Source of the DNA: an uncultured Gemmatimonadaceae bacterium
Lineage (GTDB): Bacteria; Gemmatimonadota; Gemmatimonadetes; Gemmatimonadales; Gemmatimonadaceae
Length of the DNA: 64,000 nt
Direction: 5' to 3'
NCBI GenBank assembly: GCA_963761305.1
Contig: CAVXGK010000002.1
Coordinates: 2,816,001-2,880,000, forward strand
A program made the position numbers and the translations under genes. Positions 41,761-52,043 of this stretch are shown here, piece after piece (the first letter of the stretch is position 1; each line of letters begins with the position of its first letter). The notes under the pieces are model-generated. The model saw only the letters and a list, made by a program, of their open reading frames with translations. It ran no database searches and had not been told where the DNA came from.

Positions 41761-44700
41761 TTAGCGCGCCTCGACGTCGCTCAGACGAGCCAAACGTTTA
41801 CGAACGTCCGTCACCTGCGGCTGCAGCGCGGGATCGGCGTTCTTCCACAGGTCGAGGAATTTCGCATAGTAGTGCGCAGCCTTCGCGCGGTCGCCCTTCG
41901 CTTCAAACAACTCGCCGAGCCGTTTGTACGAGCCGGCGAGAAAAAATCGGTCCTGCTGGTAGCGTTGGAGAATCGACGTCGAATTCACATATCGCGTGAA
42001 CGCCTCGATCGCCGAATCGGGCATTTGCGCGAGGTCGAACGCCAAGCCCGTCGCGGGCAGGCGGCAGACCGTGCAATTCCCGATATCCGCAGCCTCCGAC
42101 TCGTGCGCCGAATCCAGATATCGGTGTTCCGCCATCGCAATCATACTCTCGATGGCGTGGCGCGTCCGAGACGCCGCCTCCTGCGTGTAGGCCGGCGAAA
42201 TCCGATCGAACTCCGTGAGCATGGACCGCGCGAGATCCGGCTTGCCCATCAAGGCGTACGCTTGCGCCAGGCCGCCGTACGGTCGATCGAGCGGCTGAAA
42301 ACTCGTCAGAGGCACGCGCCTCAGCGCATTCTGCACCATCGCGAGCGCCTTCGCCGTGTCATTGAGGAACCAAACGGCAACCAGCGCCGAGTCGACCGCG
42401 GACCCGAGCGCGGATTGCACATTGCCTTGCGCAATGTTGTACGCGGTGTTCAGCGCGGCCAGTCGCATCCCTTCGGCGATTTGGCCGCGCGTCGTCGCGA
42501 CGATGCCGGCGACCCCATTGCGTTGGGCCTTGAGGAACTCATCCGTCGGATTCGCCACGGACAGGGAATCCATGAATGCGATCGTGCTGTCGTACTGCCC
42601 GCGCGCGAACAAGTACGTCGCCCGGCCCATCGCGACGCGCGGATTGTTGGCGGAGACCTTCAATACAGTAGCTGCCGTCGAGTCCACCGCCGACCACTTT
42701 CCGAGCTCCGCTTCGTTGGTGATCAAGTTGTTGTAGCTCGTGACCGCCGCGGGATTCGACGCGACCGCCCGCCGCAACAACGCCGCGGCCGAATCGAACT
42801 GTCGCTGATTCGCGTAGAGCAAGGCGAGGTTGTTGAGCGCCGCAGCCTGCGTCGGCCGGATCGACAGCAGCTTCTTGTAGGCATCGGCCGCCTTCGTCTC
42901 GTTGGGATGCGGCCCCTGCGTCCAGTACGTCGCCACCGCGAGCCAGCGCTCCACTTCCGGCAAGCGCGCGGTGTCCGCGTACGCCCGCTCCATCGCCGCG
43001 ATTTGACCCTCACGGTCCAACCCGCGATTCGAGAGCGCGACGGCGAGGGCGCGATAGGCCGACGCGAATCCCGTGTCGATCTTCACGGCTTCCTTGAACA
43101 ACGGAATCGCCTTGTCGGGGTCACCCTGAGTCATCGCGCGCTGCGCCGCAGTGTACTTCTCCAGGGCATCGATCGACGCGGTCGTGACCTGAGCGAGTTC
43201 GGCCGACGCCTGCACGTGTTTGAGCGACTCGCCCATTTGCCGCCGCAGCGACCGCGTGAGACCGCCGATCGTCGGGATGAGATCCCTCGCGCCATTCGCG
43301 CTGCCGGTGAGCAACGCGAGATTCTGGCCGGAGTCCGCGCCGACCAGGCGCATCGTGACGACGAAGCCGCCGCTCGCCAGCGAATGGACTTCGCCGGTGA
43401 CGATCGCCTTCGCGCCCTCGCGCCGCGCCACGACGCGCGCCACCGCCGTGTCGATCGGTGTGTTCGCCGCCCGCTGCATGAGCTGGAGATCCGCGGCCAC
43501 CGCCTGCGGCGTGATGATCGAAATGACCGGCGACTGCCCGAGGTCCGCCCGAACCGCCTCGGCAATGACGCTCCCGAGCGTGGTGTCGGATCCGGTCGAT
43601 GCGAAATCGCCGATGAGAATCTTGTCGCGGTCGTGCAGCTGGCCGCTCGCCATGAGCGACTTGAGCGGGCCGAGTCCGAGCGGCCGTAGCAGCATGAGCA
43701 CGACGACGAGCAGCGCGAAGCTGCCGATCGCGCTCGCCATGAATCCGCCGGCGTGCCGCCAGGAGAGGTACGGACTCGCCCGGACCGCGATCGTCGACAT
43801 CGTCGCCGGCGCGGAGGCGGATGCCGTCGCCGTTCGAGGCGTCGACGCGGTAGCCCGACGCGTCACACGCTGCACGTAGGCCGTCGCGAGGATGACCGGA
43901 ATGCCGAACGCCATGATCCCGATCGTCGCCGGCACGACCCAATCCGGAACGCCGAACGCGACTTCCGCCGCCTTCGCAAGAATGACCGCCGCGGCGAACG
44001 CGACGACGTAGCTGATCGACGCACGCCGAAGACCTCCCGGACGGCTCGCGCCCGACAGCGACGCCGTCGAACCCGTCGACACGGCGTCGAGCACGCGCGC
44101 GATGTCGGCGGCGCTCTGGGGCCTCGCGTCCGGATCCTTTTCCAGACACTGCATGACGACGTCGGCGAGCACCGCCGGCGTGTCGGGACGCGGATCGAGA
44201 ACGGGCTGCGGCTTCGTGCCCATGTGCGCCGCGAGCAGCTTGTGCGGCGATGGCTCGTTGAACGGCGGCCGACCGGTCAGCATCTCGTACGCCATGCAGC
44301 CGAACGAGTAGATGTCGGCGCGATGGTCCGTGCTCGGATCCGCCGCGGCCTGCTCGGGCGCCATGTACGCCGGCGTTCCAATCGACATGCCGAGCTGCGT
44401 CAGCGCGCCGGCGGGAGATCCGGCGAGCGTGTCCGGCGCGCGGGCCGCGGTGATGGCTTTCGCGATTCCAAAATCGGTGACCGTCGCCGACGCGCCGCTG
44501 ATCAGCACGTTGTCGGGCTTGATGTCGCGATGGACGACCCCGCGCTCGTGCGCGTAGGCCAACGCGCGCGACACGTCGCGCAAATAGCTCACGCACTCGG
44601 CGATCGGGATCGGGCCGGCGGCCAGCCGCGCGCGAAGCGACTGGCCGTCGATGAACGGCATCGTGTAGAACGGCACGCCGTCCATCTCGCCGGCCGTGAG

Positions 44701-44931
44701 CACGGGCACGATGTGCGGATGCTGCAGGTTCGCCGCGACCTGGATCTCGCGATTGAACCGGTCGACGTTGACGCCCGCGCCGAGCTCCGCCGGCAGCACC
44801 TTGATCACGACCTTGCGGCCGAACGCGGTTTCCGTCGCCGCAAACACGCGCGACATGCCGCCGCCGCCCAGCTCGCGATCGATCTGGTATGCGCCGCCCA
44901 GCAGCGTCTGGAGTTGTTCGCGAAGCTCCAT
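41761..44931 (-). CDS. Membrane Ser/Thr protein kinase with TolB-like and TPR domains
   Basis: LGGGGMSRVF, HRDIKPDNVL, DFGIAKA, GTPAYMAPEQ; about 3 TM helices; many TPRs; ends FLDLWKNADPALQP. Confidence 0.96.
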   Translation of the reverse strand: MELREQLQTLLGGAYQIDRELGGGGMSRVFAATETAFGRKVVIKVLPAELGAGVNVDRFNREIQVAANLQHPHIVPVLTAGEMDGVPFYTMPFIDGQSLRARLAAGPIPIAECVSYLRDVSRALAYAHERGVVHRDIKPDNVLISGASATVTDFGIAKAITAARAPDTLAGSPAGALTQLGMSIGTPAYMAPEQAAADPSTDHRADIYSFGCMAYEMLTGRPPFNEPSPHKLLAAHMGTKPQPVLDPRPDTPAVLADVVMQCLEKDPDARPQSAADIARVLDAVSTGSTASLSGASRPGGLRRASISYVVAFAAAVILAKAAEVAFGVPDWVVPATIGIMAFGIPVILATAYVQRVTRRATASTPRTATASASAPATMSTIAVRASPYLSWRHAGGFMASAIGSFALLVVVLMLLRPLGLGPLKSLMASGQLHDRDKILIGDFASTGSDTTLGSVIAEAVRADLGQSPVISIITPQAVAADLQLMQRAANTPIDTAVARVVARREGAKAIVTGEVHSLASGGFVVTMRLVGADSGQNLALLTGSANGARDLIPTIGGLTRSLRRQMGESLKHVQASAELAQVTTASIDALEKYTAAQRAMTQGDPDKAIPLFKEAVKIDTGFASAYRALAVALSNRGLDREGQIAAMERAYADTARLPEVERWLAVATYWTQGPHPNETKAADAYKKLLSIRPTQAAALNNLALLYANQRQFDSAAALLRRAVASNPAAVTSYNNLITNEAELGKWSAVDSTAATVLKVSANNPRVAMGRATYLFARGQYDSTIAFMDSLSVANPTDEFLKAQRNGVAGIVATTRGQIAEGMRLAALNTAYNIAQGNVQSALGSAVDSALVAVWFLNDTAKALAMVQNALRRVPLTSFQPLDRPYGGLAQAYALMGKPDLARSMLTEFDRISPAYTQEAASRTRHAIESMIAMAEHRYLDSAHESEAADIGNCTVCRLPATGLAFDLAQMPDSAIEAFTRYVNSTSILQRYQQDRFFLAGSYKRLGELFEAKGDRAKAAHYYAKFLDLWKNADPALQPQVTDVRKRLARLSDVEAR

Positions 44932-45077
44932 TCAGCGGCGCTCGAAACCTCACAGGGGGAAGACCGTCGGCGAACCTGCCCGAGGCCGGGAAAGCGCCCT
45001 TAAGCTAGGAAAGACGCAGAGGCCCGGCCAGTCGGAGCGCGTTTCGCCACCGACGCGCCGACACGCTCATTACAGCG

Positions 45078-46511
45078 TCAGACCGGCTGCGCGATGGGTT
45101 CGAGCGCGTCGGCGCGGAGCTCGCTCGCGGGCAGGCGCAGCTCGAACACGGCGCCGCCGCCTTTGCGCGACGTGTAGCTCACCGACCCACCTTGGATCTG
45201 CGCCAGTGTGCGGGCGATCGACAGACCGAGTCCCGCCCGTGCCGCCGCATCGGGCGCCGAGCCGGCGGCTCGGTAAAACGGCTCGAAGATCCGACCGCGA
45301 TCCGCGTCCGGAACTCCCGGGCCGCGATCCGATACCGAGAAGACGATCTCGTCTCCGTCGCGCCGCGCCGCCAGCTCGACGGCTTCCAACGGCGGCGAAT
45401 ATCGCGCCGCGTTCTCGAGGAAGTTTCCGAGCACGCGCAGTGATTGCGCGAAATCGAAAAAGCCGACGAGAGCCGGGCTGTCGAGATCGATCACGGCGCG
45501 CACGGGTCGGCCGTTGAACAACCCACGGGTCTGCCGGACCGCCGCGCCGATGAGATCCTCCGCGGTGTTGAGCTCCGGTATCGCCGAAAAGCCGCCGCTC
45601 TTCAAGCGCGACAGGTCGAGCAGGTCACTGACGAGCCGCGTGAGGCGGTCGGCCTGTTCTTCGATCGCCGCCGCGCCCTCGCTGCCTTGCAGCGCTTCGC
45701 TCTGCGCGAGCGCCTTGATCGTGGTGAGCGGCGTGCGCAAGTCGTGCGACACCGACGCCAGTACGATGTCCTTCAATCGGTCCGCTTCGCGAAGGGCTTC
45801 GGCGCGCTCCGCTTCGGCGACGAGCCGCACGCGATCGAGCGCGAGCGCGGCGTAGTACGCGATGGCGTCGAGAAATCGTTTGTGCGCCGCGTCGAGCGCG
45901 ACCGGAGCCGCGTTGGCGAGGCGCAGCGCGCCGACGGAGCGGTCCTGCACCGTCAGCGGGATCACGACCTCGCGCACCCGGCCGTCGGCGGTGGCGTTCC
46001 AGAGAGCTTCCACGCGCCCGGTGTTGGCGGTGATCGAGCACTCCGACATCCCGAGCGCGGTCTTGATGATGTCGGCGATTCGCGACGGCGCGTCTTCGGC
46101 GCGTCCGGCGCTCAAGGTCTCCGATCCGAGTCGCGCCAGCGACTCGACCTCGACGGTTCGGCGCCGCGCTTCCTCAGCCTCGCTGCGCGCGCGCGCCAAG
46201 AGGTTCGTCGAGACCAGCGCGGTGACCAGGAACGCGATCAGCGCCAGCCAATCGAGCGGCTTCCCGATCGCCACTTCGCCGTACGGCGGCTGAAAGTAGT
46301 AGTCGATGAGAACGAAGCCGGCACACGCCAGCGTGATTCCGAGCGCGCGCCCCGAGCTCGCGCTCGCGAACAGCACGATCAGCAGGTACATGAGCACGAC
46401 ATGCACCTGGTCGAAATCGCCGCGAAACTGGATCATGACCACGGTCACCGCCGTCGTGACGGTGATCGCCAGTCCCCATGTCAGGGCCTGGCGACGGGCG
46501 AGCTTCGACAC
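45078..46511 (-). CDS. KdpD-like sensor histidine kinase (DUF4118 TM, HisKA, HATPase) lacking the N-terminal KdpD/Usp domains
   Basis: DYYFQPPY, SVSHDLRTPLT, NFLENAARY, DRGPG, IFEPFYR, GLGLSI; GTG start 2 nt after the regulator stop. Confidence 0.9.
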   Translation of the reverse strand: MSKLARRQALTWGLAITVTTAVTVVMIQFRGDFDQVHVVLMYLLIVLFASASSGRALGITLACAGFVLIDYYFQPPYGEVAIGKPLDWLALIAFLVTALVSTNLLARARSEAEEARRRTVEVESLARLGSETLSAGRAEDAPSRIADIIKTALGMSECSITANTGRVEALWNATADGRVREVVIPLTVQDRSVGALRLANAAPVALDAAHKRFLDAIAYYAALALDRVRLVAEAERAEALREADRLKDIVLASVSHDLRTPLTTIKALAQSEALQGSEGAAAIEEQADRLTRLVSDLLDLSRLKSGGFSAIPELNTAEDLIGAAVRQTRGLFNGRPVRAVIDLDSPALVGFFDFAQSLRVLGNFLENAARYSPPLEAVELAARRDGDEIVFSVSDRGPGVPDADRGRIFEPFYRAAGSAPDAAARAGLGLSIARTLAQIQGGSVSYTSRKGGGAVFELRLPASELRADALEPIAQPV

Positions 46512-46513
46512 GC

Positions 46514-47272
46514 TCAGCGCGGTTGCTCGACGCGGTACCCCACGCCGGGCTCGGTGATGATGATCTGCGGCGTCGCCGGGTCGACTTCGATCTTTCGCCG
46601 CAGATTGGTGATGTGAACGCGCAGGTACTGTTGAGGACTTCCGAATTCGCGGTCCCACACGGCGTCGAAGATCTGCTGGTGGGTCAACGTGCGTCCGGCG
46701 GTGCTGAGCAGCGTCGCCAGGATCTGCCATTCGATGGGCGTGAGGTGGATCGGCACTTCGTCGCGTGACACGCGGCGGTTGATCGTGTCCACGATCAACG
46801 ACCCGATGACCACGGGCGCGGTGCTCGCGCCGGCGGCGAATGTCTTCGCGCGGCGAATTTGCGCTTTGGCGCGCGCCGCCAGCTCGAGTACGCTGAACGG
46901 CTTCGTCACGTAGTCGTCCGCGCCCGCGTTGAGCAGGTCGACCTTCTCGTGCTCGGAGTGACGTGCCGACAGCACGATGATCGGGACCGCGGAGCGCCGG
47001 CGGATCTCGCGGCACACGTCCACGCCGGCCATGTCCGGCAGTCCGAGGTCGAGCACGACCAGATCGGGGTGCGCCGACGTCGCCGCGTCCACGCCTTCGG
47101 CACCGTTCGCCGCTTCGTCGACTTTCACCGTGACGTCGCGCAGCGCGTCGCGCACCGCGCGGCGAATCTGCGGCTCGTCGTCGATGATCAGCACGAGATC
47201 GGCATCCGGTACGGCGGACGACCTGAACGGCGGGGCGTCGGTTTCCGCGGTCATAGCGAAAAAGTGGCTCAT
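46514..47272 (-). CDS. KdpE-like OmpR-family response regulator
   Basis: IIDDEPQIRR, PDLVVLDLGLPD, GADDYVTKPF, HLTPIEW, YLRVHITNLRRKIE, TEPGVGYR; the start may be 47254. Confidence 0.93.
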   Translation of the reverse strand: MSHFFAMTAETDAPPFRSSAVPDADLVLIIDDEPQIRRAVRDALRDVTVKVDEAANGAEGVDAATSAHPDLVVLDLGLPDMAGVDVCREIRRRSAVPIIVLSARHSEHEKVDLLNAGADDYVTKPFSVLELAARAKAQIRRAKTFAAGASTAPVVIGSLIVDTINRRVSRDEVPIHLTPIEWQILATLLSTAGRTLTHQQIFDAVWDREFGSPQQYLRVHITNLRRKIEVDPATPQIIITEPGVGYRVEQPR

Positions 47273-47381
47273 CGTTCGCTGGCCGGCACGACTGTTGGCA
47301 TTTCTTAGCGCAACGCGAGGCGCCGCGGAACGGCCCGTTTGCGAGACGGTCGTGGGCACGGATTCTGTTCCTGGTCGGTGC

Positions 47382-47759
47382 ATGACTCGGCAGCTCCTTT
47401 TTTCAATTGCGGCGAGCGCGGCTCTCGCCGCTGTCGCCTGCGACACGAACCCGCGAAATCAGATCGCTCTGGTCGGCCCACCTGTGATCGATACGGTGGT
47501 CTCGAACGGGGCGTTGATCATCACGCCTTCGTTCGTTCAAGTCGACGCCGGGAGCATCGTGCAGCTCTCGACGCCAGCGGGCACGTTCGCCCCGGACCTC
47601 ATTTGGGAATCGGACCGACCGTCCGTCGCATCGGTGTCGCAAACCGGCCTCGTAACGACCCTGCTCCCCGGAACAGCAACCATCACCGCCCACTTTTCGT
47701 TCGACCCGCTCACCCGCGGCTTCGCAACGATCGTCGTGACGCCCTTCGGCAACCCGTAG
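47382..47759 (+). CDS. Small lipoprotein with bacterial Ig-like (Big_2) domain
   Basis: AVAC lipobox; WESDRPSVASVSQTGLVT..PGTATITA. Confidence 0.88.
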   Translation: MTRQLLFSIAASAALAAVACDTNPRNQIALVGPPVIDTVVSNGALIITPSFVQVDAGSIVQLSTPAGTFAPDLIWESDRPSVASVSQTGLVTTLLPGTATITAHFSFDPLTRGFATIVVTPFGNP

Positions 47760-47812
47760 GGAGATCCGCTATCACAGCACCCATCGAGGCCGCCTCGTGT
47801 TTAATTATATGA

Positions 47813-48205
47813 GTGCGCCTCGATCGAAAACTGCTGCTCATCGCGCCGGCCTTCGTGCTGGCCCTCGTCGTCGCCGGAATGGTCTACACCGCGACCGAGC
47901 TTCAGGTTCTCGTCCAATCCAACGAGACCATCGCCGGGCGAAAAAGCTTCGTTGACGCGGTGGTCCGCGGCGAGAAGCCGCTCGACCGACAGCAGGCCGT
48001 TGGGATTCTCCAGGTGGCCCTCGACGTCGAGGCCAAGCGCAGCGCGGCCATCGTCGCGACGCGCGACCTGCTCATCGAGCTGGCCGCGGTAGCGCTCGTC
48101 GCCTGGGTCGTGCTCGCCATCGGCATTCGGGGCGTTCCGCGCGAACATTGGCCGCGTTTCGGACGCTCGCCGACAACGGACGCGGCGCGGCCGGAAAGCG
48201 GGTGA
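47813..48205 (+). CDS. Hypothetical two-TM membrane protein
   Basis: Two hydrophobic helices, coding-like codon use, 13 nt before the next gene. Confidence 0.75.
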   Translation: MRLDRKLLLIAPAFVLALVVAGMVYTATELQVLVQSNETIAGRKSFVDAVVRGEKPLDRQQAVGILQVALDVEAKRSAAIVATRDLLIELAAVALVAWVVLAIGIRGVPREHWPRFGRSPTTDAARPESG

Positions 48206-48218
48206 CGCCCTCCGCGCG

Positions 48219-49394
48219 ATGACCCACCGCCACTACTACACCGACGCGTACCGGCGCGAATTCACCGCGACCGTCCTCGAGCGTAGCGCCGACGGGACCC
48301 GGCTCTACCTCGACGAAACCGCCTTCTATCCGACCTCCGGCGGCCAGCCCCACGACCTCGGGACACTCGGCGGCGTCGACGTGGTCGATGTCGTGGACGA
48401 GGATTCGCGAATCGCCCACGTCGTGTCCCGCCCGATCGACGCGGTCGAGCCACGGCTCGTCGGGCGCATCGACTGGACGCGGCGCTACGACCATATGCAG
48501 CAGCACACGGGGCAGCACCTGCTCTCGGCGGTATTCGAGGACCTGTTCGGCGCCAGGACAGTGAGCGTGCACTTCGGCCCCGAGTCGTCGACGCTCGACC
48601 TCGACGTCGAAGGCCTCACGCGCGAGCAGATCGTCACGGCCGAGTCGCGGGCGAACGACGTGGTCGGCGAAGCGAGGCCCGTGTTGGTGACGTTCGAAGA
48701 TGCCGCGACCGCGCAGGGACTCCGCAAGGCGTCCGAGCGGGCGGGCACGCTGCGCATCGTGTCGATCGAAGGCGTGGATCGGAGCGCCTGCGGCGGAACC
48801 CACGTTCGCACGACGGCCGAGATCGGGGCTGTGCTGGTCCGGTCGTCGGAGAAGGTTCGCAAGACGACCCGCGTCGAATTCGTCTGCGGCCGCCGCGCGC
48901 TGCGTCGCGCACGCCGCGACCTCGAGGCGCTGTCCGCCATAGCCGGGTCGCTGTCGTCGTCGCTCGACGACGCGCCGGCCGTCGTCGCCACGCAAAGCGA
49001 GCGCCTGCGCGACGCGGACAACGTGCGCAAGAAGCTCGACCGCGAGTTGAGCGCGTATCGCGTGCGCGAGCGTTACGACGCGACGACGCCCGATGCGGCC
49101 GGCGTGCGCACCATCGTCGTGCGCGACGCGGCGTCGATCGACGAGTTGCGCGCGCTCGCGCAGGCGGCGTTCGCGCTGCCGCGCGCCGTCGTCGTCGGGT
49201 CGTTGGCCTCGCCGCCGTCCGTGCTGCTCGCGTCGTCGGAAGATTCCGGCGTCGATGCGGGCAAGCTGTTGAAGGAGCGACTGGCCGCCGTCGGCGGACG
49301 TGGCGGCGGTTCGCCGCGCCTCGCGCAGGGGAGCGTTCCCGACGCGAGCGCCGTCGAGTCGGTCGTCGCCGCGCTCGTCAGCCGCGGCGGCTGA
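48219..49394 (+). CDS. Alanyl-tRNA editing protein (AlaX, long form) with DHHA1 domain
   Basis: TAFYPTSGGQPHDLG, HMQQHTGQHLLS, ACGGTHV, GGRGGGSPRLAQG. Confidence 0.93.
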   Translation: MTHRHYYTDAYRREFTATVLERSADGTRLYLDETAFYPTSGGQPHDLGTLGGVDVVDVVDEDSRIAHVVSRPIDAVEPRLVGRIDWTRRYDHMQQHTGQHLLSAVFEDLFGARTVSVHFGPESSTLDLDVEGLTREQIVTAESRANDVVGEARPVLVTFEDAATAQGLRKASERAGTLRIVSIEGVDRSACGGTHVRTTAEIGAVLVRSSEKVRKTTRVEFVCGRRALRRARRDLEALSAIAGSLSSSLDDAPAVVATQSERLRDADNVRKKLDRELSAYRVRERYDATTPDAAGVRTIVVRDAASIDELRALAQAAFALPRAVVVGSLASPPSVLLASSEDSGVDAGKLLKERLAAVGGRGGGSPRLAQGSVPDASAVESVVAALVSRGG

Positions 49395-50466
49395 CGGCGG
49401 ACTCCCACACCGCGTCGACGGCATCGATCACACGATCCGCCGGCAGATCCTCGAGCGACGATGCCGGATGTATGACCATCCGTCCGGGATTGTCGTAGAG
49501 GCCCCACCGCTCGCTCTTCCCGCTCGTGTACATCGCGACGGCGGGAACTCGGAACGCTGACGCGGCGTGCGCGATGCTCGTGTCCGGCGTGATCACGAGA
49601 TCGGCGGTGGCGACGAGTGAAAACGCGTCGCGAATCGTTCCCGTCGACACGACGCGCGCGTCCGTCTCCCGCGCGATTCGCGCCGCTCGCTCCAACTCCG
49701 CCGGCGAGGCGATCACGCGCAACACGACGTCGGGGTGCCGCTCGCGGATGTGCAGCATCACCTCCGCGTAGCGACCGTCGGGCCACGTGCGCTCGGCGGT
49801 TCCGGCCGAGATGTTCATGAGCACGCGAATGCCGCCGCGGTCGGCCGGCCCCGCGCCCCACATTTGATTCGCTCTGGCGCGTTCGGTTTCACTGAGCGCG
49901 AGCGACGGACCGCGCGCCATCGTCTCGGGATCCACGTCGAACGCGCGCGCCAGGGCCGAGAGGCGATCCACCATGTGGCCGTCGGGGCGCGGATCCGGCG
50001 GCACGGTGATCGTGAACGCCGCGTCGTTCCCGCGCCCGGCGATCCCGATTCGATGATGCGCGCCGCTCGCCAGCACCAGGAGCAACGTCGTCACCGACGG
50101 TGCGGTGACCATGCAATCCACGACCGCGTCGTATCGCGCGCGTCGCAGCCGAAGCGCCGTCGGCACGTAGGACGCGAGCGAGTGCTTGTCGAACGAAATC
50201 ACGTCGCACACGTAATCGGCGCCTTCGAGAATCGGAGCGTTCATCGGCGACGCGAGCACGTCGAGCGTGATCGTCGGATGTGACTTGGCGATGGCGCGCA
50301 GCACGCCGGTCGAGAGGACCATGTCGCCGGCGCGGTCGTGGCGCAGAAAGAGCACCCGGAACGGGCGCTCGCTCCAGCGGGGCGACGACGGCGCCCTGCG
50401 CATCAGCCGCACAAGCGACTTGATCCACAGACCCCTCCACCAAAGCTCGAGACGCCGCAGCCGCAT
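49378..50466 (-). CDS. Glycosyltransferase family 9 (heptosyltransferase-like)
   Basis: RHDRAGDMVL, ERTWP, ADLVITPDTSIAHAASA. Confidence 0.92.
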   Translation of the reverse strand: MRLRRLELWWRGLWIKSLVRLMRRAPSSPRWSERPFRVLFLRHDRAGDMVLSTGVLRAIAKSHPTITLDVLASPMNAPILEGADYVCDVISFDKHSLASYVPTALRLRRARYDAVVDCMVTAPSVTTLLLVLASGAHHRIGIAGRGNDAAFTITVPPDPRPDGHMVDRLSALARAFDVDPETMARGPSLALSETERARANQMWGAGPADRGGIRVLMNISAGTAERTWPDGRYAEVMLHIRERHPDVVLRVIASPAELERAARIARETDARVVSTGTIRDAFSLVATADLVITPDTSIAHAASAFRVPAVAMYTSGKSERWGLYDNPGRMVIHPASSLEDLPADRVIDAVDAVWESAVSRRG

Positions 50467-50612
50467 GTAAGGAATCTATGAGCCCGTCTGGCCGTCTTGT
50501 CACTCGCACATTGAGTTTTCCCTTCCCGTCTTCATACTTCTGAGAATCGCCTCGACACGCCCGCCGCCGGGCGTCGACGAGGGCCCGGCCTCCTTCTCCC
50601 ACGGGTGGCGTC

Positions 50613-52043
50613 ATGTCACGCATTCGGTTCGTTGTAGTGGTCGCGGCGCTCCTGCCCGCGACCACGATCGCCGCGCAAGGCTCGAAGAGCGCGAGCAAAT
50701 CGGCGATCAACATTCCCTTCGAGAAGTACACCCTCCCCAACGGGCTCACCGTGGTCCTGTCAGAGGATCACACCACGCCCACGGTCGCCGTCGAGGTGAT
50801 CTACCACGTCGGCTCGAAGAACGAGATCCCGGGGCACACCGGGTTCGCGCACATGTTCGAGCACGTGATGTTCACCGGCTCGGGCCACGTGCCGTACGGC
50901 ACGCACGACCGCTTCACCGAAGGCGTCGGCGGCAGCAACAATGGCCAGACGTTCTACGACTGGACGCGGTATTGGGAGACCGATCCCTCGAACTATCTCG
51001 AGACGACGCTCTGGCTCGAGGCCGATCGCATGGGGTTTCTCCTCGATTCGCTCGACGAGGCGAAGTTCAAGGCCCAGCGCGACATCGTGAAGAACGAGCG
51101 GCGCCAGAGCTACGACAACCAACCGAACGGGCGCGACGGCGAAGTGATCAGCCTCGCGATGTACCCGAATGGCCATCCGCACTCGTGGCCCGTCATCGGC
51201 GCCATGAGCGATCTCACGGGCGCCGGCGTCGACGATGTGAAGCGCTTCTTCCGCTTGTACTACGCGCCGAACAACGCCACGCTCTCCATCGTCGGCGACA
51301 TCGACAAAGCACAGACCAAGGCGTGGATCGCCAAGTACTTCGGCGACCTCCCGCGCGGCAAGCCGATCGTGCGGCCGCATCTCGGACCGACGGCGCTCAC
51401 CGGCGAAAAGCGACTGACGTTCGAGGATCGCGTGCAGGTTCCGCGTTTGAACATTCGCTGGCCTTCCGCCGACCAGGCGAGCGTCGATGCGCCGGCGCTT
51501 CAGATGCTCGGCCGCGTGCTCGCCGGTTCGCGCACCGCGCGCCTCACCAAGCCGCTCGTCTACGACGCGCAGTCCGCGGCGAACGTGAACGCGTTTCAAT
51601 CAGGGTTCGAGGGCGACGGCGAGTTCACGGTCGTCGCCACGCCGCGACCGGGGCATACGCTCACCGAGCTCGAGACGCAAGTCGACTCGATTCTCACACG
51701 TCTCAAGAAGGACGGCCCGACGGCCGAAGAGCTCGAGCGCGCGAAGGCCGGGCAGGAATTCGCGTTTCTCAGCGGACTCCAGTCGAACCTCGGCAAGGCG
51801 TTCGAGCTCGCCGAGGATCAGACTTTCTATAACGACCCCAGTTACACGTTCCGCACCGAGTATCCGCGAATTCAGGCGGTGACGCCGGCCGACATCAAGC
51901 GCGTCGCCAACAAGTACCTCGGCGACAAACGCGTCGTGCTCAGCAACGTGCCGCTCGGCAAGACCGACCTCGCGTCGCACTCCGACAAGAGCACCGTCGT
52001 CACCGATCCGCTCACCGAGATGACCACGGGGATCAAACCATGA
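50613..52043 (+). CDS. M16 zinc peptidase, catalytic subunit
   Basis: Signal peptide; LPNGL, TGFAHMFEH (HxxEH), LEADRM, VKNERR, YYAPNNA. Confidence 0.96.
   Translation: MSRIRFVVVVAALLPATTIAAQGSKSASKSAINIPFEKYTLPNGLTVVLSEDHTTPTVAVEVIYHVGSKNEIPGHTGFAHMFEHVMFTGSGHVPYGTHDRFTEGVGGSNNGQTFYDWTRYWETDPSNYLETTLWLEADRMGFLLDSLDEAKFKAQRDIVKNERRQSYDNQPNGRDGEVISLAMYPNGHPHSWPVIGAMSDLTGAGVDDVKRFFRLYYAPNNATLSIVGDIDKAQTKAWIAKYFGDLPRGKPIVRPHLGPTALTGEKRLTFEDRVQVPRLNIRWPSADQASVDAPALQMLGRVLAGSRTARLTKPLVYDAQSAANVNAFQSGFEGDGEFTVVATPRPGHTLTELETQVDSILTRLKKDGPTAEELERAKAGQEFAFLSGLQSNLGKAFELAEDQTFYNDPSYTFRTEYPRIQAVTPADIKRVANKYLGDKRVVLSNVPLGKTDLASHSDKSTVVTDPLTEMTTGIKP

Noticed and set aside
45078..47015. 645-aa histidine kinase
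   Set aside because: The N-terminal extension overlaps the response regulator out of frame; start placed at 46511.
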